IMG/VR virus record: IMGVR_UViG_3300033066_001236
DNA length: 56,886 bases
DNA from: an uncultured virus (IMG/VR IMGVR_UViG_3300033066_001236)
Taxonomy: Duplodnaviria; Heunggongvirae; Uroviricota; Caudoviricetes
Direction: 5' to 3' (one strand)
Under the pieces are notes generated by a model that saw only the letters and a program-made list of their open reading frames with translations, was not told the origin of the DNA and did no database searches. The position numbers were made by a program, and so were the translations under genes. Numbering within the stretch: the stretch's first letter is position 1; every line of letters starts with the position of its first letter. Shown piece after piece: positions 1 to 8,777 of the stretch.

Positions 1-884
1 GAGGCAGGGTACAAGGCTGTTATGGGAATATTGGGATACAGCGCTGAGAACTTCTCCTGGTTATAGGACCTTGTCCGAGCTATGTAGCCCCCGGTTATGT
101 ACTCCGGAGTTGCACCATCGCCCAATGTAATGTTCAGCCTGGTGTACTTGATAGGCTGGGCATATATCAGGTTCTGAATTATTCCGAAGATACCGATCGC
201 CATTGCACTGTTGATCGCCATTGTCTGGTCGAGATCCGCGCAACTCAGGGTGGTCTCCGCCTTCATATCCACGTAGTACTGCATATCTAGGGGTATGAAG
301 GGAATATCGACGTCCCCCGGGAGACCTCTGGGCCAGGTAAGCAGGTCACGTGCAGTGAGGGAATCTATATCGGGTTTTTCCAGATGTGAGACCACGATCT
401 GTCCGAAGTCGTTTTCATTCCCTGAGTCGATCAACATTATGTTTCGGACTCGGCCTCCTTGCTGGCTGTACATCAGTAGATTGCTCAGGATGTGACGACG
501 CGCTTCCGGAGAGTCAACACACATGATCACCACAGAGTTGTTGATGTGTCTGCTAAACGCTGCCTCCATGTTGGGTTTGGTACCCATTGCTCGGAAAGCC
601 TCGACTCTCTCGACAACAGGTATGATTGGGATGTTGAAGGCCCTGGAGTACCGTTGTGCCAACACAGTGGCCTTAGGTTTCCCCACGTCCGTTGCGATAA
701 AGTTTTGGCGCAGGAGGTTCTTTTCCTCGACGACGTCGTCGTCAACAATGGTGATTTCCGGATTCAAGATCCATGCGCAGGTTTTCAGGAACTGGGCTAG
801 CAGGGGGACCAAGCGGGAACCCGTGCCGCCACCGCCTATGATGAGGTACTTGTTGGGAATGTACGTAGAACGATAATTGATCAT
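1..884 (-). CDS. ThiF/E1-like adenylating enzyme, PRTRC-type (3' end runs off the window)
   Basis: Absent from the ORF track because it has no stop in the window. Manual translation from ATG 884: MINYRSTYIPNKYLIIGGGGTGSRL...IVDDDVVEEKNLLRQNF...GKPKA...MCVDS...LIDSGNE...LSCAD. These are the GxGGxG nucleotide-binding loop, the NLxRQ motif and a candidate catalytic Cys at 242-240. Confidence 0.9.
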   Translation of the reverse strand, partial: MINYRSTYIPNKYLIIGGGGTGSRLVPLLAQFLKTCAWILNPEITIVDDDVVEEKNLLRQNFIATDVGKPKATVLAQRYSRAFNIPIIPVVERVEAFRAMGTKPNMEAAFSRHINNSVVIMCVDSPEARRHILSNLLMYSQQGGRVRNIMLIDSGNENDFGQIVVSHLEKPDIDSLTARDLLTWPRGLPGDVDIPFIPLDMQYYVDMKAETTLSCADLDQTMAINSAMAIGIFGIIQNLIYAQPIKYTRLNITLGDGATPEYITGGYIARTRSYNQEKFSALYPNIPITALYPA

Positions 885-933
885 GGGATCCCTTGGGGTA
901 AAAAGAAAGAGAAGGAGTACACTGTACTCCTCT

Positions 934-942
934 CTTATACCG
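934..942 (-). promoter_or_regulatory. GGTATAAG promoter-like motif upstream of the ThiF gene
   Basis: Minus strand reads CGGTATAAG, followed immediately by a GGAGTAC-A-GT-GTACTCC hairpin (about 913-931). Confidence 0.6.
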
Positions 943-965
943 TAAATACGAGTTTTAACGAAAGG

Positions 966-1943
966 TTAGAAGCCGTTTGTTTGGAGTTTCATCTGGCCGT
1001 CCTCGCTCAGCATGTGATAGGCCGTCCGGATTATGTCCAGAAGTCCCTTGTCACAACCCTGCAGTTCAGGCAGGACGCTGTCTACTAACGAATAAGTATC
1101 GGCTACGGTTTTGCCGAACTCCATGAGAAACTCCTCATGAAAAGGGCTAGTATTCTCCGGAAAGGGGGAACCCAGGCGGGGCCCCACTGGATCTTGCTGT
1201 TCCTCCGGGTCGTCTTGCCCTTGTTGTGCTGCAATTACTGACGCGGCAATCGCTTCACCCAGAGTCTCCAGGTTTTCTGATTGCATATACGCCCCTCTCG
1301 CGATCACCGCAGTATCGGGTTCCGCGTCAGGATCTTGACCAACCGACTTGAGCCATGCTGTAAGCTTGGCGTCGTGCTCCTCTACTTCAGAAGGACCCAT
1401 TGGATCGATGAGATCCTGCAGCTTTTTTGCGACGTCCCGCTTTTCCGGAGCTTGCTGCGTCGTTCCGGCGGGACCTACGTTTTTTGGAGTCACCGACCCT
1501 TCGTAATTGTCTGCCATAGCTCCAGCCATATTTCCCCACACGTCTTCCATGTTTGGAAACATCGGGGCTGCCGGGCCACTGGCTCCACCCTCGCTGGTTT
1601 TGTTGGCGGCCGGAGTGCTCGGAGACCACTTAGCAGGGTTTTGGGGGGTAGCCCCTACCTGCATTCGATCCCGAAAGTACTGACCGTACTGGCTCAGGTT
1701 GGTGCCTTGATAACCCTGGTGGGTTTGCACCTCGACTTGGTCAAGCCATTCCGACGGTATGGTTACCTCCGTATTCATTTCAAAGATGTCCTTGAGGTCA
1801 ACCTTCGTCTTGTGGTCGTGCAGGTTGAATCTCATGGTCCATTCGTAGGCGTTGTCGGTGATCTTACCCACAACCCCTGAATAGTAAATCCCCGTTCTGT
1901 CGTTGTTGTCATCAGTGCCACTGAAGAAAGCGCCCATGGTGTT
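966..1943 (-). CDS. JAB/MPN+ metalloprotease (PRTRC protein A-like), exon 2
   Basis: Begins NTMGAFFSGTDDNND, completing the HSH-x-x-M-x-AFFS-x-TDD JAB motif started in exon 1. Ends in a long low-complexity tail. Confidence 0.88.
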   Translation of the reverse strand, partial: NTMGAFFSGTDDNNDRTGIYYSGVVGKITDNAYEWTMRFNLHDHKTKVDLKDIFEMNTEVTIPSEWLDQVEVQTHQGYQGTNLSQYGQYFRDRMQVGATPQNPAKWSPSTPAANKTSEGGASGPAAPMFPNMEDVWGNMAGAMADNYEGSVTPKNVGPAGTTQQAPEKRDVAKKLQDLIDPMGPSEVEEHDAKLTAWLKSVGQDPDAEPDTAVIARGAYMQSENLETLGEAIAASVIAAQQGQDDPEEQQDPVGPRLGSPFPENTSPFHEEFLMEFGKTVADTYSLVDSVLPELQGCDKGLLDIIRTAYHMLSEDGQMKLQTNGF

Positions 1944-2365
1944 CATTTAGTTATGACTAATAATTTTAAAATTAGTCCTTGCTCTACTTAAAATACTAAG
2001 GTAATATCGAGTGTCTCTTATTTAAAGGACACAACAATATGAAAGATCAACTCTCTCAAACCTTAGATTCTAATAAAGAACTTATCGTATTTTGAAAAGT
2101 TCTTGCTACTTCAAAAGCAAGATCTGACTATCTCATCATCTACAGCATGACCTGTTTAGATGTTCGGGGCTCGTGTCTCTATTATTGCCTTACCTGGCTC
2201 AAGAATTAGTCGATACACCTTCCAGCTACTTATTTGGTAGTTTGCTGGCTCGGCACGGTGTTGGCTGAAGAGGCGTTCACCGTTAGCTAGACCAAAGGTC
2301 TAACACCCATTTCTGGTTCTCCGAATTTTATATCCCTGGATTTCTCCAAGGTCGCACCACACTTA
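1944..2365 (-). mobile_element. Group I self-splicing intron (422 nt) in the JAB gene
   Basis: The 5' exon ends in U, and UCGCAU pairs with the IGS GUGCGA with U.G at the splice site. The intron ends in G (..ACUAAAUG). IGS GUGU can pair with 3' exon ACAC (P10). Core motifs: CCGUGCCGAGCC, GAAGGUGUAUCGACUA, GAGAUAGUC. Confidence 0.92.
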
Positions 2366-2980
2366 ATGCGAATGGACGTCTACAACAATGATTGCACCGG
2401 GAGGTAGAGTTTCCGGGTCGTACGTAAACGACACAGAGGCTTTACTCACCGTCTGCTTGGGGACGGAAATGTAGTAGCCCTTGTCGGGCTCCCACAGGAT
2501 CCAGGCATGGGCCTCGTAATCCTGCTTTTTCAGCTTCATGACCTGACGGAAGAACTGCACGAGTTGTTCCCAGTACGAGTACGGGATCTTGCCGGCTGGC
2601 AGGAAGTTGATCTCCTCCCGGACGGTTGTCATTCGTACGTTCTTGATCAAGTCCTTGAACTTGGCGGGGATACCCGGGATCTTGACTCGCACGTGTCGGC
2701 CGCCAATCAGCTCGACGTGCTTGTAGTACTCACCGTTGGCGATGATATACAGCTCTTTGTAGTTCGCGGCTAACGCTTCGGGAACCTGATGGGGCTCCAC
2801 GAGACAGCTCGCATACGGGGACAGGACCAGAAAGTTGACGGAGGCTTGGGCCGTAGCCCTCAGCTCAGCCAGCGGGTCTACCGGCGTTACCGTTTGCGTG
2901 GAGGAGATTATTTGATGGTTCATTGCGTTTTCAAGAGAAAGTTGGGCCGCGTTTTTTAGCTTACGGGATCGTCTACCCAT
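2366..2980 (-). CDS. JAB/MPN+ metalloprotease, exon 1
   Basis: YEAHAWILW...VPKQTVSKASV...VVDVHSH: catalytic Glu and HxH, cut off by the intron. Confidence 0.88.
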
Positions 2981-2985
2981 GATGG

Positions 2986-3840
2986 TTACCTAAATTTGGT
3001 GTAATCGAATTTCTCCTGTTGGGACAAGTAGTTGAACCAACCCGGGATATCGTAGCCTCGGATGGGGATCCCGAGGTCGTTGTTGAAAGGAGAAATGGTA
3101 ATGACGTCGTAGTAGTAAGCTAAACCTCTCAGGTTGTTGTTGAACTCCATGGGGACGATGTTACCGCCGTAGCACATCCGGTAGTCTTCGTAGAAGTTCG
3201 GATAGGGCATCTTCCAGATTTGTTCCCGATAGTCCGCTTCGTTAACTAGGCGGTCCGTGGGTAGTTGTTCAACGGGCTTGGACGTACAGAAGTACTTGAC
3301 CGAAACTACTCGCCAGAGCTTTTTGTCTCGCTTCATCACTACGGAGATAATGACGTTCGGCATGCACACGTTCTTATACACCGTTGGGGGGCCGCCATTG
3401 AGGTGCTTCATGTCGGCTTTACGTTCGGGGATGTAAATGCCAACCTGCATCTCCGTCAGGCTTTGCGCAATCATGTACGCTCCCCTGGGGAGAACCATCA
3501 TGGACATTTGGGTTTCCGTCTGAAGCTGTTGGTCCAACAACTTCTTGAAGTCCAATACGGAGATGCTCTTCCAGAGTCCTTTGATTTCTACATCGACGTG
3601 GGTAGGGTAGATACGAACGGCCTGCATGTCTACCTTATTACCCGAGGCTGATGGGCCTTTTTTCAAAGCTGCCTCTATCACCTTTTTTGTTGTGTCCGGA
3701 AGATTGTCGTACACTTCTTGGGCAACCCATCTTTCAACAGGAGGCGTCGCAACAGCTGCTTGAGCAGGGGGAGCCAAAGGAGTTTCCGAGGGCTCTACCA
3801 CAATCACGGGCTCCGTGAGGTTTTGAGCAGAATCATTCAT
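2986..3840 (-). CDS. Prokaryotic E2-like protein (Prok-E2 family D / PRTRC protein B-like)
   Basis: MPYPNFYEDYRMCYGGN resembles the PxxN-x5-C-x-G E2 active-site segment, and FNNDL follows. It lies between the Ubl and JAB genes. Confidence 0.75.
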   Translation of the reverse strand: MNDSAQNLTEPVIVVEPSETPLAPPAQAAVATPPVERWVAQEVYDNLPDTTKKVIEAALKKGPSASGNKVDMQAVRIYPTHVDVEIKGLWKSISVLDFKKLLDQQLQTETQMSMMVLPRGAYMIAQSLTEMQVGIYIPERKADMKHLNGGPPTVYKNVCMPNVIISVVMKRDKKLWRVVSVKYFCTSKPVEQLPTDRLVNEADYREQIWKMPYPNFYEDYRMCYGGNIVPMEFNNNLRGLAYYYDVITISPFNNDLGIPIRGYDIPGWFNYLSQQEKFDYTKFR

Positions 3841-3851
3841 GTTATTTAACC

Positions 3852-4121
3852 TTAAATGTAGTCGTCGTCACCGACCAGGACATAGTCGTAGTTCACAACA
3901 CTGTTTTCTACGGTTTGAAGGCCCATTACAGGGTTAGCTGCTTGTCGTGCAGGATGGGGAGTGCTGGTAAGATTGCTAAGCAACAAGTTCAGCTCGGCGA
4001 GATTCGTCGGTAGTTTCGACAGTGTCTGGCCTTGTAACAGAATGGTCAGGGCCGCGTCTGACACGCCCATCAGCCCCGATCTGAGTGAATCTAGATCTAT
4101 TTTGTACTCTAACATTTTCAT
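3852..4121 (-). CDS. Hypothetical protein; may be the frameshifted C-terminus of 3976..4779
   Basis: 89-aa ORF that overlaps the upstream ORF by 146 nt and ends just before the E2 start. Confidence 0.45.
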   Translation of the reverse strand: MKMLEYKIDLDSLRSGLMGVSDAALTILLQGQTLSKLPTNLAELNLLLSNLTSTPHPARQAANPVMGLQTVENSVVNYDYVLVGDDDYI

Positions 4122-4779
4122 CTCGGAAAAGTGCCTTACGGGAAAGTGTCTTCAGGATTTTGGTAAAGTCCGACAGGAACAACAGCCATCTGTAGGACTC
4201 GTGAGGTGGCCAGTTTCTCGACTTCGGTATTACCTCGAGATATATATACCGGTCGTCTATGCCGGGTTGATAGTTGGTACTGTGAAAGATATCCAGGTTA
4301 AGACCTAGTTGGTCCGCTCGATAGGAGAGCATTCTACGGTAACGAGCGACAACCGGATCGTTCTGTACCGACAGTCCTATCCCCATTCCGTCGTACCCTT
4401 TATAGAGGTAGGGTAGGATGAAGTTTTCGTACAGCTCGTTGGGCAGGACCGGGTCTGTTGTAGGGTTGGCATTGGCACGTTGGGCCGCAGGTTTCTCAAC
4501 CATGTGCGGGTTGTCTTTCTGAAACCCAACAACCAGAAGATCAATAAGCTTCTGTCTGGAGTGTCTCGACCGGTTGGGGTCTGTGAAGTCTAATCCCGCT
4601 TTGAAATTCCTGCTAATCAACTTGTTGTGCAACAGTCTCTCAACGGAGAAGGCGAGTAACGTGCCTACGATTAAGTCTCGCTCAAGCGAGGCTCTGGAGT
4701 TTAAGAGCGCACTGCTCAGTGTGTTGTTTACTTTTGTAACCACAAGCAAACCTTTCAAAGATAGACTAAAAAAAACCAA
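3976..4779 (-). CDS. Hypothetical protein inside the Ubl cassette
   Basis: 267-aa ORF co-oriented between Ubl and E2. The start is uncertain (TTG next to a T8 run). Confidence 0.6.
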   Translation of the reverse strand: MVFFSLSLKGLLVVTKVNNTLSSALLNSRASLERDLIVGTLLAFSVERLLHNKLISRNFKAGLDFTDPNRSRHSRQKLIDLLVVGFQKDNPHMVEKPAAQRANANPTTDPVLPNELYENFILPYLYKGYDGMGIGLSVQNDPVVARYRRMLSYRADQLGLNLDIFHSTNYQPGIDDRYIYLEVIPKSRNWPPHESYRWLLFLSDFTKILKTLSRKALFRDENVRVQNRSRFTQIGADGRVRRGPDHSVTRPDTVETTDESRRAELVA

Positions 4780-4814
4780 GACTTCAGCATTCCATCTTGA
4801 TTTTTCACCAGGCT

Positions 4815-5009
4815 TTAGCCCTTCGTGCCGGTTCGCGGACGGAAGGTGAACACGGTGTCACCGCCCTCCGTGGTTTGCTCGGCCACCATGGAGGCGATGC
4901 CTGCCACGCTGTCGGAGAAGGTGGACGCCACTTGAGCGGAGGTCCAGTGGGTACCCGGCAGGGTGAAGGTTTGGCTGGTCGTGGCGATCACAACGCGAGT
5001 TTGTGCCAT
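4815..5009 (-). CDS. Ubiquitin-like small protein (PRTRC protein C-like)
   Basis: 64 aa, beta-rich, ending FTFRPRTGTKG; the GTKG terminus is typical of PRTRC protein C. Has an AAGGA RBS and C-ending codon bias. Confidence 0.85.
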   Translation of the reverse strand: MAQTRVVIATTSQTFTLPGTHWTSAQVASTFSDSVAGIASMVAEQTTEGGDTVFTFRPRTGTKG

Positions 5010-5094
5010 TTTCTATTTCCTTATTTAGCTAAAAGGGAGTTGCAAGAAAGTAAAGAAAATATGACTATACAGTCATACTTACCTCTACATAGTA

Positions 5095-5103
5095 TTTATA
5101 CCA
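5095..5103 (-). promoter_or_regulatory. TGGTATAA promoter-like motif for the Ubl cassette
   Basis: Minus strand reads TGGTATAAA, about 90 nt upstream of the Ubl start. Confidence 0.6.
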
Positions 5104-5172
5104 CGAAATCCCAAAAAATCTAAACCAGTGTATAATATGCCTTTGTAGACAAGGGGATACTAAAATACAAAG

Positions 5173-6834
5173 ATGGAAAACCTACCAAATCACATACCCT
5201 TGAAAGAGGGGCCCATCCGGGTGACGACCTCACAGCTAGCCAAGGCCCTAATCCATCTAAAGGGTAAGCCCCTTGACTTGATCGACTACTTGCCGATGAC
5301 TGAGGTGTACGACTGCGACCCTCCGAAGATGACAGTCAAGGCGTCTAGACAGGTAGGTAAGTCCGCAGGGTTAGGTGCGATTCTGACTCTGAAGGTTATA
5401 GCCATCCCCTACGTTACGGCCATCTACATAGCGCCGCTTGCGACTCAGACATCTCGATTCAGTACCTCTTATCTGGATCCGTATCTGAACTCCCCAATGG
5501 TCAAGAAGTACTTCCGGGACACAAACTCCAAGAAGAACGTATTTGAGAAGAGTTTGAGCAACAGTTCCGTCATCTACTTGACCTATGCCGAGACTGCTCA
5601 AGACGCTGACCGAGTCCGGGGGATTCCCGGGGACATAGCCATGTACGATGAGGTACAGGACATACAACACGACACTCTAGGTATCGTGAACGAAGCTTTG
5701 TCCGCCTCCAAGTTTGGCTGGGTCAAGCACTTTGGTACCGCCAAGACGGAACACAACACCCTAGAGGTTCTTTTCAAAGACAGCAACGGTCTTGAATGGT
5801 GTATCAAGTGCCCCCACTGCGGCAAGTGGAACGTTCCGGACAATCACGACACTTGTATCCGGATGTGTTCCGGCAAAGAAGGCCCGGTGTGTTCTCACTG
5901 TTACAAGCCGGTTGATGTAAGACAGGGGCGTTGGGTAGCAGCTAGACCCTGGAAAACAAATCACTACGGATTTCACGTACCTCGTTTCATTATCCCGGAA
6001 CGGTGTACGCCTAAGTACTGGGCCGACATTCACGAGAAGATAGAGAAGTACAAACCGTCCCTTCTGGATAACGAAGTCTTTGGCTTGGCCTCGGGCATTG
6101 CGGGCCGGATCCTATCCCAACGAGAGGCCATGGTTTGCTGCAACACGAACAAAACTCAGTTTGACAAGGGATGGCCTCAGGATTCACGGGGCATCTGCTC
6201 CGTGGTGCTAGGGGTCGACTGGTCCGTTACTGCTGGGGTGGCTTCGTACACCGTTATCACGATACTGGGGTACGACTACATGGGTAAGTGCTATGTGTTG
6301 TACTCGGAGAGATTGAACGGTATTGACATCTTGGATCAAGTACGAAGGGTGGAGCAGTTGGCTTTGCTGTACAACGTTCAGATGGTAGGGAGTGACCGTG
6401 GGTGCGGACAGTTACAGTTCGAGTTGCTAAGGTCCTCCCTCGGGGCGGACAGGGTAATACCGATTCAGTACTGTGCGGCCAAGCAAAGGTTGCGCTACGA
6501 CCAGGCCGGGGGCTACCTTGCGGCGGATAGATCCCAGATAATGGACTTGGTCTTCCTCAAGATGAAGCTTGGGGTGGACAAGTTTGAGACCCCTGCATGG
6601 AGCTTGATGGAGAACTTCTGGTCTGACGCCCTATCCATCTACGAGGAAGAATCCATATCAGGTCGAAGACTATACCGCAAGGACGACGGATCTACGGATG
6701 ACTGGTTTCATTCGGTGGTTTTTGCTCATACGGCCTGGATGTGCGTGTCAGGACAGTTCGACATACGAGACCAAATGCTTTATTCTCAAGAGGAAGAGCA
6801 AGGGTTCCCGTTCTTTGAAGGGCAGGGTAACTAA
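5173..6834 (+). CDS. Terminase large subunit (GpA-like)
   Basis: Walker A variant KASRQVGKS, Walker B MYDEVQD, CPHC...CSHC zinc ribbon, and RNase H-like VLGVDW and DDWFHS. Confidence 0.85.
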   Translation: MENLPNHIPLKEGPIRVTTSQLAKALIHLKGKPLDLIDYLPMTEVYDCDPPKMTVKASRQVGKSAGLGAILTLKVIAIPYVTAIYIAPLATQTSRFSTSYLDPYLNSPMVKKYFRDTNSKKNVFEKSLSNSSVIYLTYAETAQDADRVRGIPGDIAMYDEVQDIQHDTLGIVNEALSASKFGWVKHFGTAKTEHNTLEVLFKDSNGLEWCIKCPHCGKWNVPDNHDTCIRMCSGKEGPVCSHCYKPVDVRQGRWVAARPWKTNHYGFHVPRFIIPERCTPKYWADIHEKIEKYKPSLLDNEVFGLASGIAGRILSQREAMVCCNTNKTQFDKGWPQDSRGICSVVLGVDWSVTAGVASYTVITILGYDYMGKCYVLYSERLNGIDILDQVRRVEQLALLYNVQMVGSDRGCGQLQFELLRSSLGADRVIPIQYCAAKQRLRYDQAGGYLAADRSQIMDLVFLKMKLGVDKFETPAWSLMENFWSDALSIYEEESISGRRLYRKDDGSTDDWFHSVVFAHTAWMCVSGQFDIRDQMLYSQEEEQGFPFFEGQGN

Positions 6835-6848
6835 GCCGGTTGACGTTC

Positions 6849-7381
6849 TTTGACAAATTGACAAATGAGGGAATGCTTTAAAAATAAGGCATTCCCTTTC
6901 TTTTTGACAAAACGACATTTTTCCGTCAAAGTTTTGTCAAAGGGTTTTGTTTAACAAAATAAGGCGTTCTTGTTAGTTTTGACAAAATGACACGATTTTT
7001 CCAAAAACAGTGCCCTACTTTACAAAAAAACCTCATTTCACGAAAAAGGTTCGGGTTAACCCTAATACTAGGAATATGCACCAAACTGGGGCAAAAGAGA
7101 GGGATGCCTTTGTCTATATATATATATATTATATTTTATAAATATATATATATATATATATAGTATAGGGTAACCCCTAACCTTTTCCGTGAAACTAGGT
7201 TTTTCCGTAAAGTAGGGCACTGTTTTTGGAAAAATCGTGTCATTTTGTCAAAACTGAACTTATCACTTTATTTTATTAAACAAAACCCTTTGACAAAACT
7301 TTGACGGGAAAATGTCGTTTTGTCAAAAGGAAAGAGAATGCCTCATTTTTCAGACGTTTTTTAATTTGTCAATTTGTCAAA
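6849..7381. repeat. Long imperfect palindrome (~220-bp arms) with 10 TTGACAAA/TTTGTCAA repeats and a (TA)n core; candidate replication origin
   Basis: 6849 TTTGACAAATTGACAAAT mirrors ATTTGTCAATTTGTCAAA ending at 7381. TTTTGACAAAATGACACGATTTTTCCAAAAACAGTGCCCTACTTTAC is mirrored exactly. A TA-rich tract spans about 7115-7162. Confidence 0.9.
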
Positions 7382-7399
7382 CACAAAAGGAGAACTAAA

Positions 7400-7726
7400 G
7401 TGAGCAGACACATATTGGTAGACTTAGACTCGACCACAGCAGCACATAGCGGAGGTGCCGTGAATGGAATTGGACCCCCCATCCCATTAATGGTGCAGCG
7501 TATAAGAAAGTGGATTGAACAAGGAGTAGAGGTCAGAATCTTTACGGCCAGGGCCTCCGTCCCGGAGCTAATACCTGAGGTCGAAGACTGGTGCTTGAAA
7601 CACATAGGGTATCGGTTGATAGTGACAAACCGCAAAGATTTTGGTACCATCGAGATCTGGGACGATAGAGCAGTTAGGGTAAAACCTAATCTAGGAGTCG
7701 TCGACAATTCATACGTAGAAGACTAA
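7400..7726 (+). CDS. Small HAD-like phage protein
   Basis: GTG start after AGGAG. LVDLDST, IFTAR and WDDRAV resemble HAD motifs. Confidence 0.6.
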   Translation: MSRHILVDLDSTTAAHSGGAVNGIGPPIPLMVQRIRKWIEQGVEVRIFTARASVPELIPEVEDWCLKHIGYRLIVTNRKDFGTIEIWDDRAVRVKPNLGVVDNSYVED

Positions 7727-7745
7727 TAAATAAAGGGCACCTATA

Positions 7746-8597
7746 GTGGAAGAAGAGTACCTAAAACTAATGAACGAAACGCTTATGTCTGGGGCCAGGC
7801 AGAGAAATAGAACCGGTATCGATTCGTTCATGATACCTGGGGCTATGCTCAAGTTTGATTTACAAAAAGGCTTCCCCGCCGTAACTACGAAGAAACTGGC
7901 ATTCAACGCAGTCAAGGGAGAACTGATAGGGTTCTTGAGGGGCTACACTTCGGCCGCTCAGTTCCGAGAGTTGGGATGCAACATTTGGAATCAGAACGCA
8001 AACGAAAATCAAGCGTGGCTTGCCAATCCAAACCGAACAGGAGTAGACGACCTGGGATACATTTACTCCAAGCTATGGACTGAAATGCCAAACCCGGAAG
8101 GGGAGTCGTGGAACCAGATCTCCCGCTTAATCCGAGACATACGCGCAGACCCCACATCTCGTCGACTTATCGTATCCGCCTGGCATCCGGAGGTTTTCCA
8201 CAAAGCCGCCTTACCGCCGTGTCACGTCTTGTTTCAGGTAATACTAGACCAAGAAGAGAAAGTGTTGCACCTGAACATGTATCAGAGATCCTGTGACTTG
8301 TTCCTAGGAGTCCCGTTCAACATTGCTAGCTATTCACTACTAGCCCACATGTTAGGACGAATGACTGGGTACACCCCTAAGTGGTTTACTTGGTTTGGCG
8401 GGGACTGTCATGTGTACGAAAACCACGTTGAGCAAGTTTGGACCCAGCTTTCACGAGAACCCTTACCGCCACCCCAGCTCTCGCTTGAGATGGGGTCAGC
8501 TATAGAAAACGACAATATAGCATTGGTTGAGCCTGAGAACATTTCTCTAATCAACTATAATCATCATCCACCCCTAACCGCCCCTATGGCGGTTTAA
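7746..8597 (+). CDS. thyA: Thymidylate synthase
   Basis: RNRTG, SRRLIVSAW, LPPCH, YQRSCDLFLGVPFNIASY, DCHVYENH, C-terminal APMAV. Confidence 0.97.
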   Translation: MEEEYLKLMNETLMSGARQRNRTGIDSFMIPGAMLKFDLQKGFPAVTTKKLAFNAVKGELIGFLRGYTSAAQFRELGCNIWNQNANENQAWLANPNRTGVDDLGYIYSKLWTEMPNPEGESWNQISRLIRDIRADPTSRRLIVSAWHPEVFHKAALPPCHVLFQVILDQEEKVLHLNMYQRSCDLFLGVPFNIASYSLLAHMLGRMTGYTPKWFTWFGGDCHVYENHVEQVWTQLSREPLPPPQLSLEMGSAIENDNIALVEPENISLINYNHHPPLTAPMAV

Positions 8598-8614
8598 AGA
8601 CAAAACAGTAGTTG

Positions 8615-8623
8615 TGGTATAAG
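8615..8623 (+). promoter_or_regulatory. TGGTATAAG promoter-like motif
   Basis: Recurrent intergenic motif, here upstream of the RNA-repair gene run. Confidence 0.65.
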
Positions 8624-8777
8624 AGTATTGATGGGGCTCCTCTTCTCCCCGTCGCTCTCCCCGGTCTCTCCCGCCGGAAACGAGCACCTCGGAGACCGAG
8701 CTAAAGGACGCATCTGGTGTGCAGTCTTTTCGTTCGGTCTCCATTTTTTCCTAACTTGTTTGTATAAGGTCGCTATC

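Noticed and set aside
6849..7381. CRISPR array or MITE
   Set aside because: The repeats are 8-mers arranged in mirror symmetry with no regular spacers. No target-site duplication or transposase was seen.
7301..7399. N-terminal extension of ORF 7301..7726
   Set aside because: It lies in the palindrome arm. A GTG with an AGGAG RBS at 7400 is the better start.
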